A DNA stretch of 64,000 bases from Macrostomum lignano. Lineage: Eukaryota. The translations under genes and the position numbers were made by a program. The notes under the pieces are model-generated. The model made no database searches. It was not told where the DNA came from and was given only the letters and a program-made list of their open reading frames with translations. The first letter of the stretch is position 1. Each line of letters begins with the position of its first letter. The DNA is taken from positions 62,001-126,000 of the forward strand of contig NIVC01000423.1 in assembly GCA_002269645.1 (NCBI GenBank), in the 5' to 3' direction. Positions 52,746 through 64,000 of this stretch are shown piece after piece.

Positions 52746-53962
52746 TATTTATCCCATTATTAGGAGCTTTAAACAGGATATAATCAAGTAAAAAACATAG
52801 TTAATAATTAATTTATTAATTAAAAAACATATTACTATTAATTAGATTTCTTATATATAAAAGCTATTATTATATTATATCTTATATTCCATATGCAAAT
52901 GGCCTGGATTTGTTTCCACTTAGATTGTGCTAGCTTTTAAACAATCAAATAATAAATCTTTAAAGTGATTTTTTAGCTATTTAAAATCTCAAAAAATAAA
53001 TAAACTTATGTCTCTATTGCAGCCAATGGTTCATATTGTTTACAATGTCTAGCACAGATTGGCCCTTGGCAGTGCAATTGGGGTCTAGCACTGACATGAT
53101 TTAGCATGACAAAGGAGGGCATCCAGTGCAGTTCAGACCTTAGCTGCAATAGGAGCTCAAATTTAATGGTTTAAATTCTCTAACTCTTAATATTTTAGAT
53201 TTAAGATAAGAAAGACAAGATTAGGCTTAAGTTATTAGGCTTAAGAGCCTAAGTCAGTATAGTCCAAGGTAGAAATTTAATGAAAGGAAAAACTTGTATT
53301 TTTCAAAAATAATCTATCAGTGTAAATATGCTTTATCTAGAATTTTTTTCTAAGGTAATAAAAATTGGGAAAGTTATATCCCCAGACTTAATGCAAAAGT
53401 TACAAAACTTTTAAAGCTGCAATTTTGCTATGATAGTAGTTCTATCATTGTATATGCTTTATTTATCTGTATTTGCTATGATAGAAGTGGTAGATCAAAT
53501 TCTGAGTGGTAGAAGTGAAAGAGCATACCCTCATTCACAACCTTTTAAACAAGCTCTAGGAAATCACAATGATGAATAAGGTCACGAATTCATATAATCA
53601 TAGTCACAATTGTGATCAATTTAGTTACTAATAAACTTGTCTAACACTGCACTCTAAGTCGGGGGTCAGTAAACTTCAACCCACAGGCCACAGACAGCCT
53701 ACAAAGCCTGTCTATCTAACATTTGGGTCCTTTGAAACTTCACAATTGCAATCCAAGCTTTCTTAAGGTTTATGCCTTCTGAGATCTCTTCTCTCTTACT
53801 CTCTCCTCGTCTCAAGTGGTTTGGCAACAACAATTTACTGCTTTTTGTGCAATCGAGATTACAAACTAACTATTAAACAAAATAAATTACTTTTATATTT
53901 CATGAGCATAATTAAAGATTGTTTACTCAACTTGTTACTGACAGTAGCTATATTCTGCGGTA

Positions 53963-54574
53963 ATGTCCGAACAGGCAGAACAGAAGCCTCCCCAATCGGA
54001 GGAGAATTCCTCAGCAGATCCAGGCAGTTTGTACGAGGCCTATCAGAAACAGCAGCAGGACATTGAAAATGAGATAGCCATGGCTCAGGCCCTCATCACG
54101 CCAGCTATACCAACTAGCAACCTGAAGCAAGAGTACACAGACGACCCCGTATTCTTAGCCAAATGCGAGCAACTATGCGCTCGGTATCCTCGTCTGAGAC
54201 GAACCCGAGGCGATGGCAACTGTTTTTATCGAGGCTTCGGATTCGCTTATCTGGACCAGCTGCTTCAACAGCCGCCAGAAGCTGCTGCCAAACTTAAAGA
54301 AATCTGTCGACAAAGAAAAGACGCCATTATAGAGTTGGGCTATTCATCCGTTACGGTTGACGATTTTTACGACGCTTTCTCCGAACTAGTTGAGACTGTT
54401 GAGAGGCGAGAATGCTCTACTGCCAATTTGGAGTCCGTGTTTAACAATCCCGGTCAAAGCGATTATGTTGTTGTGTTCTTGCGCTTACTAGTCAGCGGTC
54501 ATTTGCAGACACATGCCGACTTCTTTCAGAGCTTTCTGGACGGAGAGCAAACTATTAAAGACTTTTGTGCTACG
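53963..54574 (+). CDS. OTUB1: Otubain deubiquitinase, exon 1
   Basis: LRRTRGDGNCFYRGFGFAYL (catalytic Asp/Cys), SDYVVVFLRLLVSGHL; donor GTTAGT phase 0. Confidence 0.93.
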
Positions 54575-54594
54575 GTTAGTGGTTTAGTGGAGGA

Positions 54595-55205
54595 GGATCG
54601 TCGAGAATGTCGGTTTTGAAGGATCCTTGGAATGTCGGTTTTGATGGATCCTTGAGAATGTCGGTTTTGATGGATCCTTGAGAATGTCGGTTTTGATGGA
54701 TCCTCGAGAATGTCGGTTTTGATGGATCCTCGAGAATGTCGGTATTGTTGTGTCTTTGAGAATGTCGGTTTTGATGGGGATTTTGACAATGTCGGTCTTG
54801 ATAGGGATTTTGGGAATGTCGGTTTTGATGATCCTCGAGAATTCGGTTTTGATGGATCCTTGAGAATGTCGGTATTGTTGGGTCTTTGAGAATGTCGGTT
54901 TTGATGGGGATTTTGACAATGTCGGTCTTGATAGGGATTTTGGGATTATCGGTTTTGATGGATCCTTGAGAATGTCGGGTTTTGATGGATCCTCGAGAAT
55001 GTCGGTTTTGTAGGATCCTTGAGAATGTCGGTACTGTTGGGTCTTTGAGAATGTCGGTTCTGATGGGGATTTTGGGAATATCGGTTTTGATGGATCCTTG
55101 AGAATGTCGGGTTTTGATGGATCCTTGAGAATGTCGATTTTGATTTTTCTTTGAGAATGTCGGCTTTGGTGGGTCTTTAGGAATGTCGATTTTGTGGGAA
55201 TCTTT
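54595..55205. repeat. 26-bp minisatellite (GAGAATGTCGGTTTTGATGGATCCTT) in OTUB1 intron
   Basis: Direct periodicity with variants. Confidence 0.92.
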
Positions 55206-55330
55206 AGGAATGGATGCTTCGGTTCTAATGAATGATTTTGTGGTCTTGTCAGTCGCCTAATTTTATCGCCCGCCTTCAAAGCGCAGCTCACCGTCTCTGA
55301 CCCTGCCAACTCGAACTCGAATCCCCGCAG

Positions 55331-55534
55331 GAAGTGGAGCCAATGCGTCACGAATCCGATCATATTCACATAATCGCTCTGACTCAAACCCTGGAGACCT
55401 GCATCGCGGTTGAGTACATGCACCGCGATGGCGCCGGCATCAGTCGGCACACGTTCCCGGATGACGGCCAGTCTGTTCCTGTGCTCACCCTGCTGTACCG
55501 GCCTGGCCATTACGATATTATTTATGATAGTTGA
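55331..55534 (+). CDS. OTUB1: Otubain deubiquitinase, exon 2; joined protein 271 aa
   Basis: EVEPMRHESDHIHIIAL...LLYRPGHYDIIY (catalytic His); acceptor CCCCGCAG. Confidence 0.93.
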   Translation, partial: EVEPMRHESDHIHIIALTQTLETCIAVEYMHRDGAGISRHTFPDDGQSVPVLTLLYRPGHYDIIYDS

Positions 55535-56177
55535 ATTGTGCTTGACTTGGTCCGCTTGCTAACTGGACTCAATCGACCCATGAATTCTTTACAATATTGA
55601 ATATTGAAGCATTAAGTATGAATTAAAATCTAGCAGTTCTCTTAAGAGTTATCTACTTGTCCAATTTAAGTTAGAAATATAAAATATTCGAAATTCAAAT
55701 CAATAAAAAAGTAAGTACTACTTATGCTAATTAGTAGTATAAGTCCTAATTTTACATCACTCCTTCAATAGAGCTACATAAAGAGAACTTCAAAGTGTAT
55801 GATTAGTTAATAATTGTTTTGCTTTCATCGAGTATCTAACTTATAATATTTAAAACTAAATTGATCATGCTCCCGTGTTTCTATCTTCAGTAGCATGTTT
55901 GGAGATGTGAGTAGCTTAATTTGAGAAGCGACTTTCAAATTAAAAAAAAATCTTTCCATGAGTTGCATATATATAGCTATGCGGCTTTTGTTTTGCCTTT
56001 TGATGTCATTCTCTACGCTGTGTTAAGTAGTATGATTTGTTGTTTGTTTTCATAATTATACTTGTCTTTGCAAACCTACCTGAGGAAATCCATTCGAATA
56101 TCAACCAAGTATTGTTCCACTGAAAATTGACGTTTTTTGATATGGTAAACCGGGTAATTGGGACATAGGCTCGGAGG

Positions 56178-57925
56178 GCAAATGGGAAGAAGGATCGGAA
56201 GGTAAATGGGAAGAAGGATCGGAGGGTAAATGGGAAGAAGAATCGGAGGCTAAATGGGAAGAAGGATCGGAGGGTAAATGAATGGGAAGAAGGATCGGAG
56301 GCTAAATGGGAAGAAGGATCGGAGGGTAAATGAATGGGAAGAAGGATCGGAGGGTAAATGAATGGGAAGAAGGATCGGAGGCTAAATGGGAAGAAGGATC
56401 GGAGGGTAAATGAATGGGAAGAAGGATCGGAGGGTAAATGGGAAGAAGGATCGGAGGGTAAATGGGAAGAAGGATCGGAGGGTAAATGGGAAGAAGGATC
56501 GGAGGGTAAATGGGAAGAAGGATCGGAGGGTAAATGAATGGGAAGAAGGATCGGAGGCTAAATGAATGGGAAGAAGGATCGGAGGCTAAATGGGAAGAAG
56601 GATCGGAGGGTAAATGGGAAGAAGGATCGGAGGGTAAATGAATGGGAAGAAGGATCGGAGGCTAAATGGGAAGAAGGATCGGAGGGTAAATGAATGGGAA
56701 GAAGGATCGGAGGCTAAATGGGAAGAAGGATCGGAGGCTAAATGGGAAGAAGGATCGGAGGCTAAATGAATGGGAAGAAGGATTGGAGGCTAAATGGGAA
56801 GAAGGATCGGAGGGTAAATGGGAAGAAGGATCGGAGGGTAAATGGGAAGAAGGATCGGAGGGTAAATGGGAAGAAGGATCGGAGGGTAAATGAATGGGAA
56901 GAAGGATCGGAGGGTAAATGAATGGGAAGAAGGATCGGAGGCTAAATGGGAAGAAGGATCGGAGGCTAAATGGGAAGAAGGATCGGAGGGTAAATGAATG
57001 GGAAGAAGGATCGGAGGGTAAATGGGAAGAAGGATCGGAGGGTAAATGGGAAGAAGGATCGGAGGGTAAATGAATGGGAAGAAGGATCGGAGGCTAAATG
57101 GGAAGAAGGATCGGAGGCTAAATGGGAAGAAGGATCGGAGGGTAAATAGGAAGAAGGCTCGGAGGGTAAATGGGAAGAAGGCTCGGAGGGTAAATGGGAA
57201 GAAGGATCGGAGGGTAAATGGGAAGAAGAATCGGAGGGTAAATGGGAAGAAGGATTGGAGGGTAAATGGGGAGAATGATCGGAGGGTAAATGAATGGGAA
57301 GAAGGATCGGAGGCTAAATGGGAAGAAGGATTGGAGGGTAAATGGGAAGAAGGATCGGAGGGTAAATGGGAAGAAGGATCGGAAGTTAAATGGGAAGAAG
57401 AATCGGAGGCTAAATGGGAAGAAGGATCGAAGGGTAAATGAATGGGAAGAAGGATCGGAAGGTAAATGGGAAGAAGGATCGGAGGGTAAATGGGAAGAAG
57501 GATCGGAGGGTAAATAGGAAGAAGGATCGGAGGGTAAATGAATGGGAAGAAGGATCGGAAGGTAAATGGGAAGAAGGATCGGAGGGTAAATGAATGGGAA
57601 GAAGGCTCGGAGGGTAAATGGGAAGAAGGATTGGAGGGTAAATGGGAAGAAGGATCGGAGGGTAAATGGGAAGAAGGATCGGAGGGTAAATGGGAAGAAG
57701 GATTTGAGGGTAAATGGGAAGAAGGATCGGAGGGTAAATGGGAAGAAGGATCGGAGGGTAAATGGGAAGAAGGATCGGAGGGTAAATGGGAAGAAGGATT
57801 GGAGGGTAAATGGGAAGAAGGATCGGAGGGTAAATGGGAAGAAGGATCGGAGGGTAAATGGGAAGAAGGATCGGAGGGTAAATGGGAAGAAGGATCGGAG
57901 GGTAAATGAGAAGGATCAGAGGGTG
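56178..57925. repeat. 24/28-bp purine-rich minisatellite (GGAGGGTAAATGGGAAGAAGGATC)
   Basis: Direct periodicity, occasional AATG insertion. Confidence 0.96.
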
Positions 57926-58424
57926 AATTAATCGAAATCCCCATACCTCGCCGGTCTCAAGTGGCCAGTCAAGTCAGGTCCTGGATGAGCACGCGACAGG
58001 AAATCAGTTATCTAAAAAATATCTATATGTTCATATTACCGAGTGCTGCAAGCATATAACGCGTATAATTTCATATGGTTTGACTTCTATTCCCGCTTCC
58101 ACTCGGGATTATTGTTGTTTAGGATAATTATATATATGCTTACTATTAGCAGGACAGATGATTGTTAATCTAGTGCTCTCAGCTAATTGAATTTGGGTAT
58201 TTTTGAGTCTATCGTGTGTTGGGTAGAATCAACGATTCCTGCAGGATCCGGGATCAAGGATTGAAAAGTTTTTTGGTGCTCGCATGTGGGGCACTCGGGT
58301 TGCATGAGACGGGATCTGCGTGATTTTATGGTGTCTCAGTCAGTAGCCAAGAGGCATCCCGCGGTGGATGGCTGATGTCAGAGCTTTGGGATTTCTAAAT
58401 ACCATTTAACAGCGAAGCCGGATG

Positions 58425-59390
58425 CCTTAATTTCATTAGACATAAACTTCAAAAGACCTTAATTTCAGTAAACCTAAATTCCATAGGACCTAAATTCCAT
58501 AGGACCTAAATTTCATTAGACCTAAATTCCATAGGACCTAAATTTCATTAGACCTAAATTCCATAGGACCTAAATTTCATTAGACCTAAATTCCATAGGA
58601 CCTAAATTTCATTAGACCTAAATTCCATAGGACCTAAATTTCATTAGACCTAAATTCCATAGGACCTAAATTTCATTAGACCTAAATTCCATAGGACCTA
58701 AATTTCATTAGACCTAAATTCCATAGGACCTAAATTTCATTAGACCTAAATTTCATAGGACCCAAACTCCAAAAGTCCTAAATTTCAGGGGAGCTAATTT
58801 TCATGAAACCTAAATTTCAGTAGACCTAAATTTCAAAGGAACTTAATTACATAGGACCTAAATTTTACAGACCTAAATTTCATAGGACCCAAACTCCAAA
58901 AGACCTAAATTTCAGGGGAGCTAATTTTCATGAAACCTAAGCTTCATAAGACCTAAATTTCAAAAGACCCAAACTCCAAAAGACCTAAATTTCAGGGGAG
59001 CTAATTTTCATGAAACCTAAGCTTCACAAGACCTAATTTTCAAAGGAACTAAATTACATAGGCCCTAAATTTTATCACCTAAATTTCATAGGACCTAAAT
59101 TTCATTAGACCTAAATTCCATAGGACCTAAATTTCATAGGACCTAAATTTCATTAGACCTAAATTTCATAGGATCCAAACTCCAAAAGACCTAAATTTCA
59201 GGGGAGCTAATTTTCATGAAACCTAAGCTTCATAAGACCTAAATTTCATAGGACCCAAACTCCAAAAGACCTAAATTTCAGGGGAGCTAATTTTCATGAA
59301 ACCTAAGCTTCATATAAGACTTAAATTTCGTAAGATCTAAATTTCATAGGACACAATTTCATAAGAACTTAATTTGATTAGACCTAAACT
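58425..59390. repeat. 16-bp-based composite satellite (GACCTAAATTTCATAG) with ~80-bp higher-order blocks
   Basis: Direct periodicity. Confidence 0.9.
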
Positions 59391-60581
59391 TCTTCATGAG
59401 ACCTAAATGTTTGTCTTGCGATAAAAGCGCCTGGATGTCTGGGTTAATCCATGGGTTTGGATTGAATATCGATTGAAGTGATCGATAATTATGTATAAAT
59501 ATAATTAATTTCAGCCAATCATTGCTGCAATCCATGTCTCTATAATAGAGTCCTTGCACTCGGAGTCTATGGAGCAGAAATTGCTATACTCTTGCTCATC
59601 TCAAAAAGTTTTTGCTTCTTTCTGCTCAAAGCTTTCTCTCACTGCGAGCTCCCTGCAGCTTCTGTTGTCCATAAACTGATTTTTATGGCCCAGCACTTAG
59701 CCAGTTTTATATGCCGGATAGGTGGCCTCTCTGCTTTTAAGTGGCCTCTCCAAACTCGCTTTCTGTGTCCCACTTCTCAACCTTGTCTCTCCTCCCCGGG
59801 ACCATTGTCTTGTGACCCCGGGCTGGCTTTGGGGATTAACCTGAGTGGCCACGCAATGCTTGTGCAAATCATCCACTTTCTGGAGTGAATCAGGCTTATA
59901 AACGAGATTTATTATTGACTGGCTTGAAAACCAAATTCTCTCTGAATGATTCTCAAATAAATTCCCCTGAAAATTAATGCCTAAATTCTCTCAAAGATTT
60001 CCGCCTAAATTTCCCTCTTAGATTCCCGCCTTAATTCTCCAACTATAAGCGTATTACTCCTAACACAAACGCAGTTTATTTGCAACAGTTTCCACTCCAG
60101 AACTCTATAGCTAAGGACGTTTGAATTTTAGTATTCCTTGTATACTTGAGCTCTTGACAAGAAGAGCCCACCAGTCCAAGATGGAATGCACAAGTGTCCC
60201 GCACATGTATATAGAAATTTTTCATATTGACTTTCCTCTTGCCACACTTCACATTCGCTTGAGTGCGCCCGGGAAGTCTATCAGGGAGTGAAGCTGAGAA
60301 TTCAGGATGAGGAGATGATGAGGATCAGGGGTGTGAGCCGCTATTGAGGAAGATTGAAGTCAAATACACTTCAACAATAATTGAGATTCGGTGAGCTACC
60401 CATCTGTTTACTGGGCTAAATTGTGCCAATTTTGCTATGCAAATGCTTCAGATGCTGTGTGCAGACTGATGCGAGGGCTGTTTGTGTTCAGCTCACTGAT
60501 CATGGCTGTGCTGCAGTGCTGTGCCACTCACTTCCCTGATTGTTCGATTGTGATCAGCTTTCGCTGACTGGGTTCTTATCT

Positions 60582-60597
60582 GACTGACTGACTGACT

Positions 60598-60629
<32 letters not shown>

Positions 60630-60711
60630 CTAAGACAGACAGACAGACAGATAGATAGATAGACAGGCAGACAGACAGACAGACAGACAAACACTAAGAC
60701 AGACAGACAGA
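60582..60711. repeat. (GACT)/(GACA)/(GATA) microsatellite
   Basis: Direct. Confidence 0.92.
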
Positions 60712-61650
60712 AAATAACTCTGAAGAGTTAAAATACAGCCGCGTATTTGCAGTTTAAAGTTTACTGTTGTCCCCAGCCTTTTCTCCTAGAAGCAGCAGCA
60801 GCCGCAAGCAAAACTCAATCAAGCAGAACAACGCCAGCGAAAGCAGGTAAAATCCTGCAGCTCTCTCTCAGAAATATTTCACTCTGCAGTAAAACAAAAC
60901 TTGACACAAGCCTCCGGCAGCTCACTGCACAGCGTCCCTCCTGCTCGCAAAGTCAATTCAATTCACTTTGCTCAACTGGCTGTGAAAGCGAAACAGCGCG
61001 TAACGGTGAGAAAAAACGCAGATATTGTATAGGGGTGCCTGTAAAATAAAGAGTGAAACAGATCTGCATCAGTGAATCTGCCCGATGTCAGGCAGTCTTC
61101 AAAACATGCTCCATGATTGTCTGCTTGCTGACAAACTGCTGCAAGACACTTCTGCTGCTGCTCCAGTCTCGAATGTTGATTTTTTGCTCTGCTACATGTA
61201 AGTTTTTGCGAGTTGCGCTGTTGTCAGATGCAGCGAAAAAAACCAAAAATGCTTTTGTTGCAGGCTCTGTAGAAACTTCTGCTATAGCTGAATGCGGCTC
61301 TTAGCTTCTAATATCAGGTTCATAATCTGTGTGCCATGGAGACCCTTTTGAACGAGACGTCTGGAGAGTTTGTGGAGCCTTGTTGACGTAGGCACGTGTT
61401 GTGGCATGGCAATCACTAGAAGAAGCTGCTTCCAGATTCTTGCACAAGGCTGTCCCTGGTGTCGACTGTCACAAATAACTCCATCACTTGTTGAGAATAC
61501 CTGCACCGTGACTGGACGCCTGTATGTCTGGTCTACCAATTCAATCAGGTATCAGCTCAATTGCAGACAAAGGGGGTGAGTTCTAAGTTATTGCTGCTGC
61601 GCTTCACCGTTACAGACGCATAGGCAGGGGGCAATATAGGCTGGCAAAAA

Positions 61651-62050
61651 CCCCTTCATCAGTAGCTGTGGCTGTGGCGCCCCTTCATCAGTAGCTGTGG
61701 CTGTGGCGCCCCTTCATCAGTAGCTGTGGCTGTGGCGCCCCTTCATCAGTAGCTGTGGCGCCCCTTCATCAGTAGCTGTGCATGGCGCCCCTTCATCAGT
61801 AGCTGTGGCTGTGGCGCCCCTTCATCAGTAGCTGTGCATGGCGCCCCCCTTCATCAGTAGCTGTGGCGCCCCCTTCATCAGTAGCTGTGGCTGTGGCGAC
61901 CCCTTCATCAGTAGCTGTGGCTGTGGCGCCCCTTCATCAGTAGCTGTGCATGGCGCCCCCTTCATCAGTAGCTGTGCATGGCGACCCCTTCATCAGTAGC
62001 TGTGGCTGTGGCGCCTCCTTCATCATGTATCTGTGCATGGCGCCCCCTTT
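61651..62050. repeat. ~29-bp minisatellite (CCCCTTCATCAGTAGCTGTGGCTGTGGCG)
   Basis: Direct periodicity. Confidence 0.92.
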
Positions 62051-62427
62051 ATGGACTCTGCCGAGGCTTCAATTCAAGATATTGTGCCCTGTCAACAAGG
62101 AGATCCTAATTGTCTTGGCCCTTTGTACAGCATACGAGCGTAAATTGTTTGCCATATTGGCCTGAGTGATAAAACATTGTCCAGGGGCTCCTGCAGCACG
62201 TGACATACTCAATTCATAGTTCATACCTGTATGTCGGTATAATGATACCAGCATCAGGGGCCGAGCTTCCTATATTTGATAATTGGATTGGCTGACAGAC
62301 TTAGAGACATTGAACAAGTTTATAGCAATATTTCATCATTACATCATCTATAAAGTAGTCACTTCGTATAAACTTCTAATTTCGTTGTGTACATATACTC
62401 GTACTATACTCGTAATATACTCGTACT

Positions 62428-62950
62428 GAGGGTCATGGGGATCATGAGGGTCATGGGGATCATGAGGGTCATGGGGATCATGAGGGTCATGGGGATCATG
62501 AGGGTCATGGGGATCATGAGGGTCATGGGGATCATGAGGGTCATGGGGATCATGAGGGTCATGGGGATCATGAGGGTCATGGGGATCATGAGGGTCATCA
62601 AGCCGTGATGAAGGTCATAGAGGTCATGGGATGGTTGTCATCCGGTCATGGGAATCATGAGATTCATCAAGCCGTGATGAAGGTCATAGAGGTCATGGGA
62701 TGGTTGTCATCCGGTCATGGGAATCATGAGATTCATCAAGCCGTGATGAATGTCATAGAGGTCATGGGATGGTTGTCATCCGGTCATGGGAATCATGAGA
62801 TTCATCAAGCCGTGATGAAGGTCATAGAGGTCATGGGATGGTTGTCATCCGGTCATGGGAATCATGAGATTCATCAAGCCGTGATGAAGGTCATGCAGGT
62901 CATAGGGGTCATGGGATGGTTGTCATCCGGTCATTGGGGATCATGAGAGT
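62428..62950. repeat. 18-bp array (GAGGGTCATGGGGATCAT) followed by a related 69-bp array
   Basis: Direct periodicity. Confidence 0.93.
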
Positions 62951-63404
62951 CATAGGGGTTGTGGGAGTCATGGGGTCATATGAATTGTTACGGGAGTCAT
63001 GGCTTCCCAGACGGCATGATGACTATTAAAAATTGAATTCTTACTTTTACTTAGTAAGAATCACGAATATGATGGTACGTACAAGTATATGTAACTTAAA
63101 AAACTAAAAAACACTGGCAAAAAGTTGGACCGCGATGCCTGGCTATGTTACAGAGACGCGTCGCTGACTAACAGGTGACAGAATAGAAGTTGAAAAGCAA
63201 TACTGGCTGTTTGTCATTTCCAGATCTCTATAATCCCTGATCCCTGCAGTTCCTCCAATGAGCAAGCAGCAGTCGCAGCTTCCGATCACCAGCCTCCCCA
63301 TTAGCTGGAAAACAAATTTCCTCAAACCCTTCTTGAAAATGCCACTCCATTATTGGGGTCGCGGGATTTGCTCCCCTAAAAACGTCTTCTAAGTCAATTC
63401 CTCA

Positions 63405-63676
63405 CCCTTCTGCGCTCCGCCCCCGGTTGGCGCCCAATCCCGGATAGCCTCCTCACCGCCATTCTCCCCCAATCCGGTGGGAGATCCCCGCCTCCCCTCC
63501 TTTTCCTTCCTCATCCCCCTTCTGGGGATTTTTTAAGAGCCCCCGCTCCGCCTCCGAAATCCTGCTAGCAGCAACAAAAATCTCCCGATTGTCTCTGCGA
63601 ATCGCTAATCGACTTGTTTTGCTTCGGAGAACTGCAAGTGGCTTCCAGTTTGTCTGCCGTCTGTCAAGCGGTGAGT
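63405..63676 (+). promoter_or_regulatory. Candidate promoter and first non-coding exon of a gene running off the right edge
   Basis: CpG-rich patch with CCGCCC, two CCAAT boxes, then a strong donor AAGCG|GTGAGT at 63671. Confidence 0.4.
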
Positions 63677-63717
63677 GAATTGGTTTAAGGGTTGAGCAAG
63701 TCTGCCTTTACTGCTCC

Positions 63718-64000
63718 TGTCTGATCTCTCCCTCCCTGTCTGGTCTCTCCCTCCCTGTCTGGTATCTCCCTCCCTGTCTGGTCTCTCCCTTGCTGTCTGG
63801 TCTCTCCCTCCCTGTCTGGTCTCTCCCTTGCTTTCTGGTCTCTCCCTCCCTGTCTGCTCTCTCCCTCCCTGTCTGGTCTCCCTCCCTGTCTGGTCTCTCC
63901 CTTGCTGTCTGGTCTCTCCCTCCCTGTCTGCTCTCTCCCTCCCTGTCTGGTCTCTCCCTTGCTGTCTGGTCTCCCTCCCTGTCTGGTCTCTCCCTCCCTG
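63718..64000. repeat. 19-bp minisatellite (CTCTCCCTCCCTGTCTGGT)
   Basis: Direct periodicity, runs off window. Confidence 0.93.

Overview
Intron-rich animal (eukaryotic) genomic DNA. By my rough tally about 24 kb of the 64 kb is made of more than 30 unrelated mini/microsatellite arrays; this architecture resembles a flatworm such as Macrostomum (inference only). Genes reconstructed by hand from ORFs and GT-AG sites: the 5' exons of an EML/EMAP microtubule-binding gene (minus strand, continues off the left edge, with an RTE-like LINE antisense in an intron), an intronless ER thioredoxin-fold TXNDC16-like gene split by one frameshift, a two-exon FoxL1, a five-exon MYLIP/IDOL (FERM+RING) and a two-exon OTUB1. 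Most striking: a sharply bounded ~4.25 kb domain (49332-53584) with only 2 CpGs and excess TpA. It hides two destroyed DEG/ENaC channel copies and an internal ~295 bp duplication whose copies differ almost only by C:G/T:A transitions, a RIP-like or methylation-driven hypermutation signature. Second: a ~95-copy 16-bp satellite whose unit is a perfect heat-shock element, upstream of EML. No tRNA, rRNA or CRISPR found. All coordinates and counts were read by eye.
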